This document shows positions 48,149-57,540 of a stretch of 64,000 nucleotides of DNA, one piece after another (positions within the stretch are counted from its first letter, which is position 1; each line of letters opens with the position of its first letter). The position numbers and the translations under genes were made by a program. The notes below the pieces were generated by a model that was given only the letters and a program-made list of their open reading frames with translations, was not told where the DNA came from and searched no databases. The DNA comes from Deinococcales bacterium (GTDB lineage Bacteria > Deinococcota > Deinococci > Deinococcales > JAAFIG01), in assembly GCA_031414595.1 (NCBI GenBank), contig JANNVX010000015.1:1-64000 (forward strand), in the 5' to 3' direction.

Positions 48149-49327
48149 ATGCAACCTACCCAAGACTTTGATTATATTTTTGCTGGAGCAGGTGCAAGCG
48201 GTTTGGCATTGGCTTATTTTTTGCCTGCTTCGGCTCGAGTCTTGCTGATTGACAAAGTGCAAAAAACCAAGAATGACCGAACGTGGTGTTTTTGGGAAAG
48301 TACCCCCAATCCTTTTGACCATCTGGTTTATCGTCGCTGGGACAACATTTTTTTTTATGCTCCAGATTTTTCAAATCGCTTTGCGATTGCGCCGTATCAG
48401 TATAAAATGATTCGCGGCATAGACTTTTACACGTTTTTAAGGCAGGAATTGCAAAAACGTCCAAATGTAGAGTTTGTTTACGGCGAAATAGAAAATCTCG
48501 AGTCAGATAACCAAAAAGCTCGAATTACAGTGAATGGCACAACTCATACTGCTTCTTGGATTTTTAACAGTGCTTTACGCCCAGATGTACTAAGTGGTTA
48601 TCATCATCTGCTCCAACATTTCAAAGGTTATGTCTTACGCACCAATCAAGCTGCCTTTGACCCCAGTACAGCCACCTTTATGGATTTTCGGATTGCCCAA
48701 AACAACGAAACTCGTTTTGTCTATGTGTTGCCTTTTGACTCTCAAACTGCACTGGTCGAATACACCCTTTTCTCGAGTACAATACTGCCCGAAGCCGAAT
48801 ACGACACTGCTCTGCACGATTATCTTAAGCACTACCTAAAACTAGACCAGTATGAAATTCTCGAGACCGAAGCTGGGGTCATCCCGATGACCGATGCGCC
48901 TTTTGCCCGTTTACACAGCCCTCGAGTAATGAACATTGGCATTGCTGGCGGACGTGCCAAAGCCAGCACTGGCTATGCTTTTAAGCGCATTCTTTATCAA
49001 GCCCAAGCCATTGCTAAGCATCTGACGGAAACGGGTTCACCGCTTTTTTCGCAGAGCCGCTTTGATCGTCACGCTTGGATGGATAGTGTCTACTTGCGGG
49101 TTCTCGAGCAGAAACGGATTGGTGGGGCGAGTTTTTTTAGTGATTTATTTAAGCACAATCCCGCCACGACCGTCCTTAAATTTTTAGATGAAGCCAGTAG
49201 CCCTTTAGAAGACTTAAAACTGATGTCTAGCGTCAATATCCCAGTTTTTAGCCGCAGTGCAATTGAGATTACGGCTCAGAGTGCGCGACGTTCACTAATC
49301 CGGATTGCACCCAATATCACACGATAA
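48149..49327 (+). CDS. Lycopene cyclase family protein
   Basis: FAD motif GAGASG; NDRTWCFW, FMDFR, ALVEYT, IPMT and KASTGY motifs. Confidence 0.88.
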   Translation: MQPTQDFDYIFAGAGASGLALAYFLPASARVLLIDKVQKTKNDRTWCFWESTPNPFDHLVYRRWDNIFFYAPDFSNRFAIAPYQYKMIRGIDFYTFLRQELQKRPNVEFVYGEIENLESDNQKARITVNGTTHTASWIFNSALRPDVLSGYHHLLQHFKGYVLRTNQAAFDPSTATFMDFRIAQNNETRFVYVLPFDSQTALVEYTLFSSTILPEAEYDTALHDYLKHYLKLDQYEILETEAGVIPMTDAPFARLHSPRVMNIGIAGGRAKASTGYAFKRILYQAQAIAKHLTETGSPLFSQSRFDRHAWMDSVYLRVLEQKRIGGASFFSDLFKHNPATTVLKFLDEASSPLEDLKLMSSVNIPVFSRSAIEITAQSARRSLIRIAPNITR

Positions 49328-49818
49328 ATAAACCAAATTGCCACACCTAACAAAATCGGAATGCCAATAAATATAAAAGACAACATAAAGCCAAGTACGC
49401 CAACCCCAAAGGCAATCCAGAAGGTCTCGATAATCCATTTGCAATGTGACTCGAGATATGTGCCTTTTAATTCATCTCGTTTGATGTACGCCATGATTAA
49501 GCCAGCCACACTGACCACACCAGCCGTCAAAATCGAAGCTCCCATCAGCACATGGGCAATTAGAATAAAAGTGTAATCGCTGTCTTGAACTGCCCCTGTT
49601 GGAAGTACCACAGGAGCTAACCGTGCTGGGATTGGTGCAATTGGCATTTGTGGAGGGGTTGCTAAAACTGTGGCAATTGGTTGCCAGTCGGTCATGCCTT
49701 CGGTCCAAACCAGTGCCTGAGCCGACAATTCGCCGTTACGCCGAAAATTCTCGAGTTGTGAGACTGAATAAGGACCGCGTTGCGCGTTGCTTTCGTAGAC
49801 CATAAAAAACTTTTCCAT
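49276..49818 (-). CDS. GYF_2 domain + membrane (DUF4870-like) protein
   Basis: QRGPYS...LVWTEGMTDWQP, then TM segments with ESHCKWIIETFW. Confidence 0.8.
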   Translation of the reverse strand: MEKFFMVYESNAQRGPYSVSQLENFRRNGELSAQALVWTEGMTDWQPIATVLATPPQMPIAPIPARLAPVVLPTGAVQDSDYTFILIAHVLMGASILTAGVVSVAGLIMAYIKRDELKGTYLESHCKWIIETFWIAFGVGVLGFMLSFIFIGIPILLGVAIWFIYRVILGAIRISERRAL

Positions 49819-49914
49819 AAGCTACAATACGCGGGTTTTCAGGCAATCGTTCCCGAAATCAACTTGGGTTTTTATAAAATCCTGTTTTTGACTTAAATAA
49901 ACATAACCTTTCGC

Positions 49915-49939
49915 AGGGCAAGGCATGCCTTGCCCCTAC
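49915..49939 (-). repeat. Single GTAG REP
   Basis: Minus strand GTAGGGGCAAGGCATGCCTTGCCCT (perfect palindromic core). Confidence 0.8.
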
Positions 49940-49989
49940 GGTCAATGTTAAACTATTCTTATTGCAGGACATTATTTTTTATCAAGTCT

Positions 49990-50853
49990 TTAACGCCTTA
50001 CTCTTGAACGCGGTGTACTTAAAATTTCATTCCAAACAAAACCAGAAACGGCTTCTTTGGTGTCTATAAAACGTTTGCTGTTGCCTAAAACTGGGCGATT
50101 GGTAGGTACAATTTCTTTGCCACGCACTTCTTGAATGCTACGCAGTGCCACCACCGTCGAACCAATTTCGCCAGGTACTGAAGAAAGCCCTTCTTGCTCG
50201 GGACGAAGCCCTCGGGGGCGGTCAAAATGCGGTTGGCGATTGCTGTGACCAAATGAATCTGGTCTCGAGTCGCGCTCGAGTTTTTCTTGGCTGCTGCTTT
50301 CTAAGTAGGTTTCGATGTTAGAAGTGATGGTGGTTTCGATTGGTTTACGGTCTTCTCGTTCCTGCGGGCGCTTCATGCCCATGGGGGCTGGTGGTGGTGG
50401 TTTGCCACGTCCCAATGGCGCTTGTGGGGCAACCTGAGCCGTAGTGCGTCCCATTTTCTGAGCCAATTTGCGCCGTAATTCTTCTTGAGGATTGGCACTG
50501 GCAGTTGTGGTGGTCCCCATGCCAAGTGCCTCGAGAATATCAGCTTGCAAGTCTTTGAGTTCTTGCTGGTTTGGTGGCGGTGGGGCTGGTCTGGACAGGG
50601 TTGCGTCTGGTTGCTCGTTGCGTTTCAAGTAGCCATCATAACTTTGTGTGGCAGGGTCAGCTTCGCGCTGTTCGGTCTCGAGCATCGAACCACGCCGACG
50701 ACGTTCTTCGGCTTCTTCGCCAGCCGCTTGGGATTCGCGCAGACGTTTCCCGGAATTGCCTAGGAAGTTAATTAGGCTCGATAAAACCACAAAACCAATG
50801 ATTAAGAACTCGGGGTTTCTAAGAAAAAATTGAACGATAGTTTGAAGGTTCAT
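49990..50853 (-). CDS. Membrane-anchored low-complexity protein (YqfB-like position)
   Basis: N-terminal TM, disordered body, C-terminal GFVWNEILSTPR; third gene of the nfeD-floA operon. Confidence 0.65.
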   Translation of the reverse strand: MNLQTIVQFFLRNPEFLIIGFVVLSSLINFLGNSGKRLRESQAAGEEAEERRRRGSMLETEQREADPATQSYDGYLKRNEQPDATLSRPAPPPPNQQELKDLQADILEALGMGTTTTASANPQEELRRKLAQKMGRTTAQVAPQAPLGRGKPPPPAPMGMKRPQEREDRKPIETTITSNIETYLESSSQEKLERDSRPDSFGHSNRQPHFDRPRGLRPEQEGLSSVPGEIGSTVVALRSIQEVRGKEIVPTNRPVLGNSKRFIDTKEAVSGFVWNEILSTPRSRVRR

Positions 50854-50873
50854 ACTCCCCCTCGAGATTCAAA

Positions 50874-51848
50874 TTACTTACTGGCATCGCGTTTAGCCGA
50901 TTCAGAAATTGCGCCACGCATACTGGTGTCGGCTTGTAAATTCTGCATGTTGTAATAATCCATCACACCTAATTTGCCGCTCTTAAATGCCTCGGCAAGC
51001 GCCAAAGGCACTTGGGATTCGGCTTCGACCACTTTGGCACGCATTTCTTGGACTCGAGCCTGCATTTCTTGCTCGACTGCCACAGCCATAGCACGGCGTT
51101 CTTCGGCTTTGGCTTGGGCGACCCGCTTTTCGGCTTCGGCTTGGTCGGTTTTTAATTGTGCGCCAATGTTTTTGCCGACATCCACTTCGGCAATATCAAT
51201 ACTAAGGATTTCAAAAGCAGTACCCGCGTCTAAGCCTTTAGCTAACGTGGTTTTAGAAATAATATCGGGTTGCTCGAGAACTGCTTTATGGTCTTGCGCT
51301 GCACCAATGGCAGCCACAATACCTTCGCCGACACGGGCGATAATCGTTTCTTCGCCAGCCCCACCGACCAACCTGTCAATTTTAACCCGCACGGTAATAC
51401 GGGCTGTGGCAAGTAGTTGAATACCATCTTGTGCCATACCTGTGACCATTGGGGTTTGAATCACTTTTGGATTAACCGAGACCCGCACAGCATCCAGCAC
51501 ATCGCGCCCAGCAAGGTCAATGGCGGTGGCTTGCTCGAAGGTCAATGGAATTCTGGCTTTATCGGCGGCAATTAAGGCATCTACGACCTTATCTATGTTA
51601 CCACCCGCCAAGAAGTGCGCCTCGAGATTATTTTGAATCACATCTTTAAGTCCTGCCTTACGAGCTTTAATTAGAGGGTAAATAATTCGAGCAGGAGAAA
51701 CACGCCGTAAACGCATCCCAATTAAACTTGGTAAGCCGACATTGACACCGCTTGCCAAAGCCGAAATCCACAAACCAGTCGGGATGACACTAAATAAAAT
51801 CCAGAACGCCACGATGACCAAGACACCAATAAAAATAAATGCTTCCAT
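50874..51848 (-). CDS. floA: Flotillin-like protein FloA (YqfA)
   Basis: [37 protein letters not shown] and GVMDYY motifs. Confidence 0.93.
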   Translation of the reverse strand: MEAFIFIGVLVIVAFWILFSVIPTGLWISALASGVNVGLPSLIGMRLRRVSPARIIYPLIKARKAGLKDVIQNNLEAHFLAGGNIDKVVDALIAADKARIPLTFEQATAIDLAGRDVLDAVRVSVNPKVIQTPMVTGMAQDGIQLLATARITVRVKIDRLVGGAGEETIIARVGEGIVAAIGAAQDHKAVLEQPDIISKTTLAKGLDAGTAFEILSIDIAEVDVGKNIGAQLKTDQAEAEKRVAQAKAEERRAMAVAVEQEMQARVQEMRAKVVEAESQVPLALAEAFKSGKLGVMDYYNMQNLQADTSMRGAISESAKRDASK

Positions 51849-51919
51849 GTAAATCCTCCTAAAGACACCACTAGACTACTCGAGAAATACCATTAAGTCT
51901 TGGCTTTGACCACAATTGC

Positions 51920-53230
51920 CTAAGTCTTGGTCTTGACCACAATTCGCCTTCCCTCAACTCGAGTTACCTCAAGCATCGTACCAGATTTAATAAACTCACC
52001 ATCGGCAACCACATCCATGCGTTCACCTTCGATACTGGCAATACCACTTGGACGTAAGTCTGAAAGGGCTGTGCCGAACCTGCCCTCGAGTTTAGAAGCC
52101 AGTTGATTGGGCATGATGGCGGCTGCGCCAGTGGTTGCCATGGTGGTGTTCAAAAAAATTGAGCGATTCAAAATCGTACTGCTTGGTAATTTCCACAAGG
52201 CAAGCCCGATACAAATACCCGCCACGATGGTGGCTGTGCCGGACACAACTGCAAAATTCTGACCAAATTGCAAGTAAATACTGGCGACAATACTGCCTAA
52301 ACCAAGCAATCCAACCACGGTTGCTCCAGGGACAATTAAAAGCTCTGCCATAATCAGTAGAATCCCTGCAATAAATAAAATAAACGCCACGGTACTGCCA
52401 CTGCCGGTTAATAACCCACCCATAAAGTACGCCACCAATGCCAAAACGCCGATGATACCCGGTGCAGCTAAACCGGGATGAAACAATTCAATTAAGATGC
52501 CAATAATTCCAATGGCGAGTAAAATTCCAGCCACAAACGGATTGGTCAGGGTTGCCCCGATTTGCTCAGATGGAGAAAGCACATACTTCTCGAGCCGAAG
52601 ATTAGCAAACCCAGCTTGACGCACGGCATCTTCAACACTTAAAGCGGTGAAATCCGCGATATTATTTTTGACTGCTTCGGGCGCGGTCAGGGTCAAAATC
52701 TCCCCTTTTTCTTTAAGCCCCGGAATGACCTTATTGGGATTGACCATCCCCTCGGCAGCATCTTTATTGCGACCCCTAGTCTCGGCAACACTGCGAAACT
52801 TTCCACGCACTGCACTGTTGATTTTTTCGCCCACTACGCCCTCGAGTGCCTGACCCGCCCCAGTGATTGGCAGTGCCGCCCCGATTTCTGAAGCCGGCAG
52901 CATGGCGAGTTGCTCGGCACTCATGGCAATTAGCGCTCCAGCACTAAAAGCATTTCTAACCACCGCTAGGGTCGGCACTTTACTCGAGACAATCGCATCC
53001 GACATTGCTATAGCCGCATCTACCCGACCACCGGGGGTTTGAATTTCAATCACGATTAACGGACGCTGTTCAAGATTGGCTTGATCAATTTGCTTTTTGA
53101 GGAGTTCGGCACTGGCGGGTTGAATCTCACCTTCGACTTTAAGAATCACCCCAAGTTTATCGTTTTTAGCGGGTTGCGCCAAAGCAAACGTACCAAACAA
53201 CAGCAGAAAGGAAAAAGTAAAACGTTTCAT
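51920..53230 (-). CDS. NfeD family protein (long form, YqeZ-like)
   Basis: ClpP-like TPGG and AFSAGALIA motifs, TM region, C-terminal OB fold DLRPSG. Confidence 0.9.
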   Translation of the reverse strand: MKRFTFSFLLLFGTFALAQPAKNDKLGVILKVEGEIQPASAELLKKQIDQANLEQRPLIVIEIQTPGGRVDAAIAMSDAIVSSKVPTLAVVRNAFSAGALIAMSAEQLAMLPASEIGAALPITGAGQALEGVVGEKINSAVRGKFRSVAETRGRNKDAAEGMVNPNKVIPGLKEKGEILTLTAPEAVKNNIADFTALSVEDAVRQAGFANLRLEKYVLSPSEQIGATLTNPFVAGILLAIGIIGILIELFHPGLAAPGIIGVLALVAYFMGGLLTGSGSTVAFILFIAGILLIMAELLIVPGATVVGLLGLGSIVASIYLQFGQNFAVVSGTATIVAGICIGLALWKLPSSTILNRSIFLNTTMATTGAAAIMPNQLASKLEGRFGTALSDLRPSGIASIEGERMDVVADGEFIKSGTMLEVTRVEGRRIVVKTKT

Positions 53231-53274
53231 ACCGATAGTGTACGCGGTTTTAGGGCAAAAGGTTTCAGGATAAA

Positions 53275-54513
53275 TTACAACTCGAGAACACTCAGCACTT
53301 CAACATGATTGGTCTGCGGATAAAAATCATACGGCTGTACCAAGGTGAGCTTATACCCACCTCGAGCCAGCTTCGCCACATCCCGCGCCCATGTCGCTGG
53401 GTCGCACGATACATACACCAAACGCGGCGCTCGAGCCAGCAGCAAAGCAGTTAGTACATCCTTTTCCAAACCAGCCCTTGGTGGGTCAAGCACAATACAA
53501 TCGGCAAAAACACCCTCGAGCCGCGAAGCATCCCCACGAGTAAAACCAATGTTATCCACCTCGAGTCTCGCAGCATCGGCTTGCCCTCGTGCCACGGCTT
53601 CTGGGTTAATTTCAATCACGCGGACATTGACAAAATTCTTCGCCAGATGCAAACCCATTGTGCCACTGCCGCCGTATAAATCAATCGCTAAGCCACCCGT
53701 TCCAGCCAGACGCGCTGCCTCGAGATACATTTGGGAAGCCGCCACAGGATTGACTTGGGCAAAACTCGAGGCGGTCACCGAAACCGCGTAATCGCCGTAC
53801 TGCTCGAGAATGGATTCGAGTCCCCAAAGATGTTCCGTACCCGCCCGAAAGCGCCCCTCGAGCGAAGCAAAAGCATAACTAATTCCAGCCACGCCCAGTT
53901 CTTTTAAGTGATACACAGCTTTTTTGAAGCGGTGCGGTTCTTCTTTGGCGATTAAACAGACCAAGACTTCACCCGTTAAAAAACTGCCGCGAAAAGCAAT
54001 TTCTAGGGTTGGCTCGAGACTGGCAGCTTTAATGCTGCTTAGACCATCGGCAACCCCGTGCATTAAAAGTGGATCGTCGTATAGCATCCAAATTCGGTGC
54101 GACAATGGAATTCGGTAGCCGAGTCCAACAGGAGAAAGCGCGTACTGCGCCCCAGAGCGATACCGCCACTCGAGCGAACTTGGTTTGGTCGGCAGCACAG
54201 TTACATCCTCGAGCTTCGCAATACGCTGCAATGCCTCGAGGATAAAACCACGCTTAAACTCGAGTTGTGCCTCATAACTGGCATGAGCCAAATCTGCGGT
54301 TGGCGGCGTACCACGTGGCGGTTGGACTCGGGTGATGGATGGTTCAATCACCCGCACCAGCGTCCCCTCGAGCGCCCCACGTTTTTTCTTCAGTTCCACT
54401 TCCACCAGTTCGGTTGGCAATGCCCCAGCCACCAGCACCACGCCGCTTTCGGTACGCGCCAAGCCAAGACCACCAGAAACCAATTTTTCGATACGCACTC
54501 GAGCAGTTGTCAT
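53275..54513 (-). CDS. RNA (uracil-C5)-methyltransferase, RlmD/TrmA family
   Basis: SFAQVN, DLYGGSG, LDPPRAG, YVSCDP and FYPQTNHVE motifs. Start at ATG 54513, 7 nt after TAGACT. Confidence 0.9.
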   Translation of the reverse strand: MTTARVRIEKLVSGGLGLARTESGVVLVAGALPTELVEVELKKKRGALEGTLVRVIEPSITRVQPPRGTPPTADLAHASYEAQLEFKRGFILEALQRIAKLEDVTVLPTKPSSLEWRYRSGAQYALSPVGLGYRIPLSHRIWMLYDDPLLMHGVADGLSSIKAASLEPTLEIAFRGSFLTGEVLVCLIAKEEPHRFKKAVYHLKELGVAGISYAFASLEGRFRAGTEHLWGLESILEQYGDYAVSVTASSFAQVNPVAASQMYLEAARLAGTGGLAIDLYGGSGTMGLHLAKNFVNVRVIEINPEAVARGQADAARLEVDNIGFTRGDASRLEGVFADCIVLDPPRAGLEKDVLTALLLARAPRLVYVSCDPATWARDVAKLARGGYKLTLVQPYDFYPQTNHVEVLSVLEL

Positions 54514-54539
54514 TGGCGCTAGTCTACCCTGTGATGTGG

Positions 54540-54872
54540 TTATTTCTCGAGACAAGTATCAAGTACGGTGATGGTCTCTAGGTTTGTACCCTTAAATAAA
54601 GTGGCTTCTTTACCCTTGTTCCACCAAGTATAGCCACTGCCAACATACCGCGCCCCAGAAGCCGAAATTTGGGTTTGCATTTTTAGCTTTACGCCATTCA
54701 CAATGACTGTGGCAAAAGAACCCTGAAAGTTATTTAAGTAAATCGCTTGGACTCGAGTCCCTTTTTCGCATTTGTACGCCACTTTGAAGGGTGCATCAGA
54801 ATCCGAATTGCCAGCCCCAGCTAAAGCGACACCAAAAAGGGATAGAACCAAACCAAAAAGGAATTTTTGCAT
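54540..54872 (-). CDS. MliC/PliC-family lysozyme inhibitor-like secreted protein
   Basis: Signal peptide; YKC, SASGARY and WWNKGKEA motifs. Confidence 0.85.
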   Translation of the reverse strand: MQKFLFGLVLSLFGVALAGAGNSDSDAPFKVAYKCEKGTRVQAIYLNNFQGSFATVIVNGVKLKMQTQISASGARYVGSGYTWWNKGKEATLFKGTNLETITVLDTCLEK

Positions 54873-54979
54873 AGACATTAGCATAGCCACGCAAATTAGA
54901 ATTAGGCTCGAGAAGGCTGTACAATGGGTATCCGAGAGGTCTTAATTTTAGAAATATTTCGTCGAATTACATGAATAGC

Positions 54980-55057
54980 AGGGCGAACACGGGGGTTCGC
55001 CCCTACCTGACGTGTTTTTACGCCGTAATTGTAGGGACAGACCCCTGTGTCTGTCCT
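54980..55057. repeat. GTAG-family REP doublet (inverted copy of 1-76)
   Basis: GTAGGGGCGAACCCCCGTGTTCGCCCT (minus) and GTAGGGACAGACCCCTGTGTCTGTCCT (plus). Confidence 0.85.
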
Positions 55058-55110
55058 GTTTTAACGATGATGTTGCATTCTTTCAGAGGCTCTGGCTGTA
55101 CAATACGCCC

Positions 55111-56376
55111 ATGCTAACCGCGTTACAACTTGGGAATTTTAAGTCATGGCGTGAAGTCAATGTGCCACTAGCCCCAATCACAGGTTTTTTTGGCACAAAC
55201 AGCAGTGGAAAAAGCAGCCTCCTGCAAGCGCTTTTGCTGATGAAGCAAACAGTAGAAAGTTCAGACCAAGGGCAGGTTCTCGAGTTTGGAGATGACAACA
55301 GTTTAGTACAATTGAGTTCGTACAAAGAACTTATTTGGAATCATGATTCAAATAATGCTTTGATTTTAGGATTTATGCGAGACTTCAAAAACAGTAATCT
55401 TGAAATACTCTCAAAATCGTATTTGCCAATAAAATCTCTAGAGTTTGAGTGCAGAATTGTAGAGACTCGAGACACCATCAAAGTGGATTTTTTTCGATTT
55501 ACTCCTGGAAATTCCAATCTGCCAATAAGTTCTGAATTTAGGCAAATTCGCAAATTTTATAAAATCGTTCATACAACTCAACAGGTACCAGGCGACTCTT
55601 TCTTCGGTTCTGGGAGTCTTGAAGTTGCTTTAGAAGAAGTTTTTCTTCAAATGTATTACTTAGGTCCACTTAGAGATTCTCCCAAACGATTTTACTCTTG
55701 GTCGGGCGCTGCCCCTTCAAATGTCGGTAAATCTGGCGAAAATACCATTGCTGCACTGCTTGCGGCTCGAGTTGGTGGCAATAAAGTCGGTGACACCCCA
55801 CTCGAGAATTATATAGCCGAAAAACTAAAACAATTGGGTTTAATAGATTCTTTTCGGCTCGAGGAACTGCGCGAAGGCACAAACATTTTTCGTGTGCTGG
55901 TGCGCCGTACTCCTGAATCCCCCGAAGTTTCCCTGACCGATGTTGGCTTTGGTGTTTCCCAAGTGCTGCCTGTGCTGGTGCTGTGCTATTACGTCCCCGA
56001 AGGTTCTACCATTCTGCTCGAGCAACCCGAATTGCACCTGCATCCCAGTGTTCAATCTGGTTTAGCCGATATTTTTATTGATGCTTATAAAACCCGTGGA
56101 GTACAAATTATTCTCGAGAGTCATTCGGAGCATTTATTACAGCGTTTGCAAAGGCGAATTGCCGAGGAGTTTGAAGGAATTACCAACACAGACATTAGTG
56201 TTTACTTTTGTCGTCTCGAGCATGGCGAATCGAAACTCGAGTCGCTGGAACTCGATGAGTACGGCAATATCCATAATTACCCAGAAGAATTCTTTGGAGA
56301 CCGTTTTGCAGAAATGGTCGCCGTGACAGAAGCAGGAATTGCAAGACGAGAAAAGAAGGTTCTCGAGCCTGTATGA
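55111..56376 (+). CDS. ABC-type ATPase (AAA_15/AAA_21) with C-terminal DUF3696-like domain
   Basis: NFKSW, Walker A GTNSSGKS, YLGPLR, VGFGVSQ, Walker B LLEQPELHLHP, ESHSE, LDEYGNI-NYPEEFF. Start at ATG 55111, 6 nt after TACAAT. Confidence 0.88.
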   Translation: MLTALQLGNFKSWREVNVPLAPITGFFGTNSSGKSSLLQALLLMKQTVESSDQGQVLEFGDDNSLVQLSSYKELIWNHDSNNALILGFMRDFKNSNLEILSKSYLPIKSLEFECRIVETRDTIKVDFFRFTPGNSNLPISSEFRQIRKFYKIVHTTQQVPGDSFFGSGSLEVALEEVFLQMYYLGPLRDSPKRFYSWSGAAPSNVGKSGENTIAALLAARVGGNKVGDTPLENYIAEKLKQLGLIDSFRLEELREGTNIFRVLVRRTPESPEVSLTDVGFGVSQVLPVLVLCYYVPEGSTILLEQPELHLHPSVQSGLADIFIDAYKTRGVQIILESHSEHLLQRLQRRIAEEFEGITNTDISVYFCRLEHGESKLESLELDEYGNIHNYPEEFFGDRFAEMVAVTEAGIARREKKVLEPV

Positions 56377-56864
56377 GTGCTTTTGTGATTGATGAAAATG
56401 TGCTTGTGAATGCCATGAAGGAAGCGCCCGACGAGAATACAACTGACGTATGTATCCGACAATGTGCCAAGACTTTATTGGATGTCAGAAAAGGCATTGT
56501 TATTTTGGATGACACAAACATCATTTACCGAAAATACCGTAGCCATTTTAGAGAAACACCGACAAGAAAAACACCTGAATTCTTGGTTTGGTTGCTCAGT
56601 GTCCAACATATGCCCAAGTATTGCGAACGGGTTAAATTCACGCCTCTCGCGCCTAGTTTTCTCCAAGTCCCGCTTGAATTGCGAATCCCAGACGCAGAAA
56701 ACAAGGTCTTTGATTTAGATGACCACATTTGGTTGGCGGTAGCCAAAGCCAGTAAAAATAGCCCGACCATTCTGAACGCCACCGATAGCGATTGGAAAAA
56801 CTGGGAACAACAACTGCTAAAACACGGTTTTGATGTTCGCTGTATTTGCCAATTAAAAATCTAA
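56373..56864 (+). CDS. PIN-like domain protein coupled to the ATPase
   Basis: FVIDENV, ILDD, FDLDD and NATDSDW acidic pattern; ATGA overlap with the ATPase stop. Confidence 0.65.
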   Translation: MSAFVIDENVLVNAMKEAPDENTTDVCIRQCAKTLLDVRKGIVILDDTNIIYRKYRSHFRETPTRKTPEFLVWLLSVQHMPKYCERVKFTPLAPSFLQVPLELRIPDAENKVFDLDDHIWLAVAKASKNSPTILNATDSDWKNWEQQLLKHGFDVRCICQLKI

Positions 56865-56904
56865 ACTTTTGTCTCGAGTAGCAAAACCATGATACGTTTT
56901 ACCG

Positions 56905-57540
56905 ATGACCATGACCACAACAGCCATTAAACCCGCTTTTATTATTGGTGTTGCCGGTGGTACTGGAAGCGGTAAAACCACTGTTACCGAAAGGGTTCTC
57001 GAGGTTGCTGGGGTGGGTAGCGTGGCAATTCTAGCCCAAGATAGTTATTACCGTGACCAAAAAGACTTACCGCGTGACCAGCGCCGAGAAATAAATTATG
57101 ACCATCCAGATGCTTTTGATTGGGCGCTGATGCTCGAGCAACTGCGGCGCTTACGAGATGGTGAACCGATTTATAGCCCCATTTATGATTTTACCCACGA
57201 CACCAGAGCCAGTAACACAATTGCAATTCTGCCTGCGCCAATTATTGTGGTTGAAGGAATTCTGGCACTTTACGATCCTGAACTGCGAAACTTGTTTGAT
57301 TTAAAAATCTTTGTGGATGCCGACCCCGATGTGCGTTTTATTCGTCGGCTGGAGCGTGATGTGCGTGAACGCGGACGCACCCCAGAGAGCGTGATTCATC
57401 AGTACCTCGAACTTGTCCGTCCAAGCCATTTGCAATTTATTGAACCGACCAAACGTTACGCCGATGTGATTATCCCGCATGGTGGGATGAACCAGCCAGC
57501 CCTCGAGATGTTAGGGGCGCGAATCAATGCGGTCTTGTAG
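56905..57540 (+). CDS. udk: Uridine kinase
   Basis: GVAGGTGSGKTT, QDSYY, NYDHPDAFD and RRLERD-ERGR motifs. Confidence 0.95.
   Translation: MTMTTTAIKPAFIIGVAGGTGSGKTTVTERVLEVAGVGSVAILAQDSYYRDQKDLPRDQRREINYDHPDAFDWALMLEQLRRLRDGEPIYSPIYDFTHDTRASNTIAILPAPIIVVEGILALYDPELRNLFDLKIFVDADPDVRFIRRLERDVRERGRTPESVIHQYLELVRPSHLQFIEPTKRYADVIIPHGGMNQPALEMLGARINAVL

Noticed and set aside
48149-53230. Functional link between lycopene cyclase and the flotillin operon (membrane microdomains)
   Set aside because: Opposite strands, separated by an unrelated gene and a REP; adjacency alone is not evidence.
55012-55110. N-terminal extension of the ATPase as given in the ORF track
   Set aside because: It runs through the REP doublet. 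The true start is more likely ATG 55111, after TACAAT.
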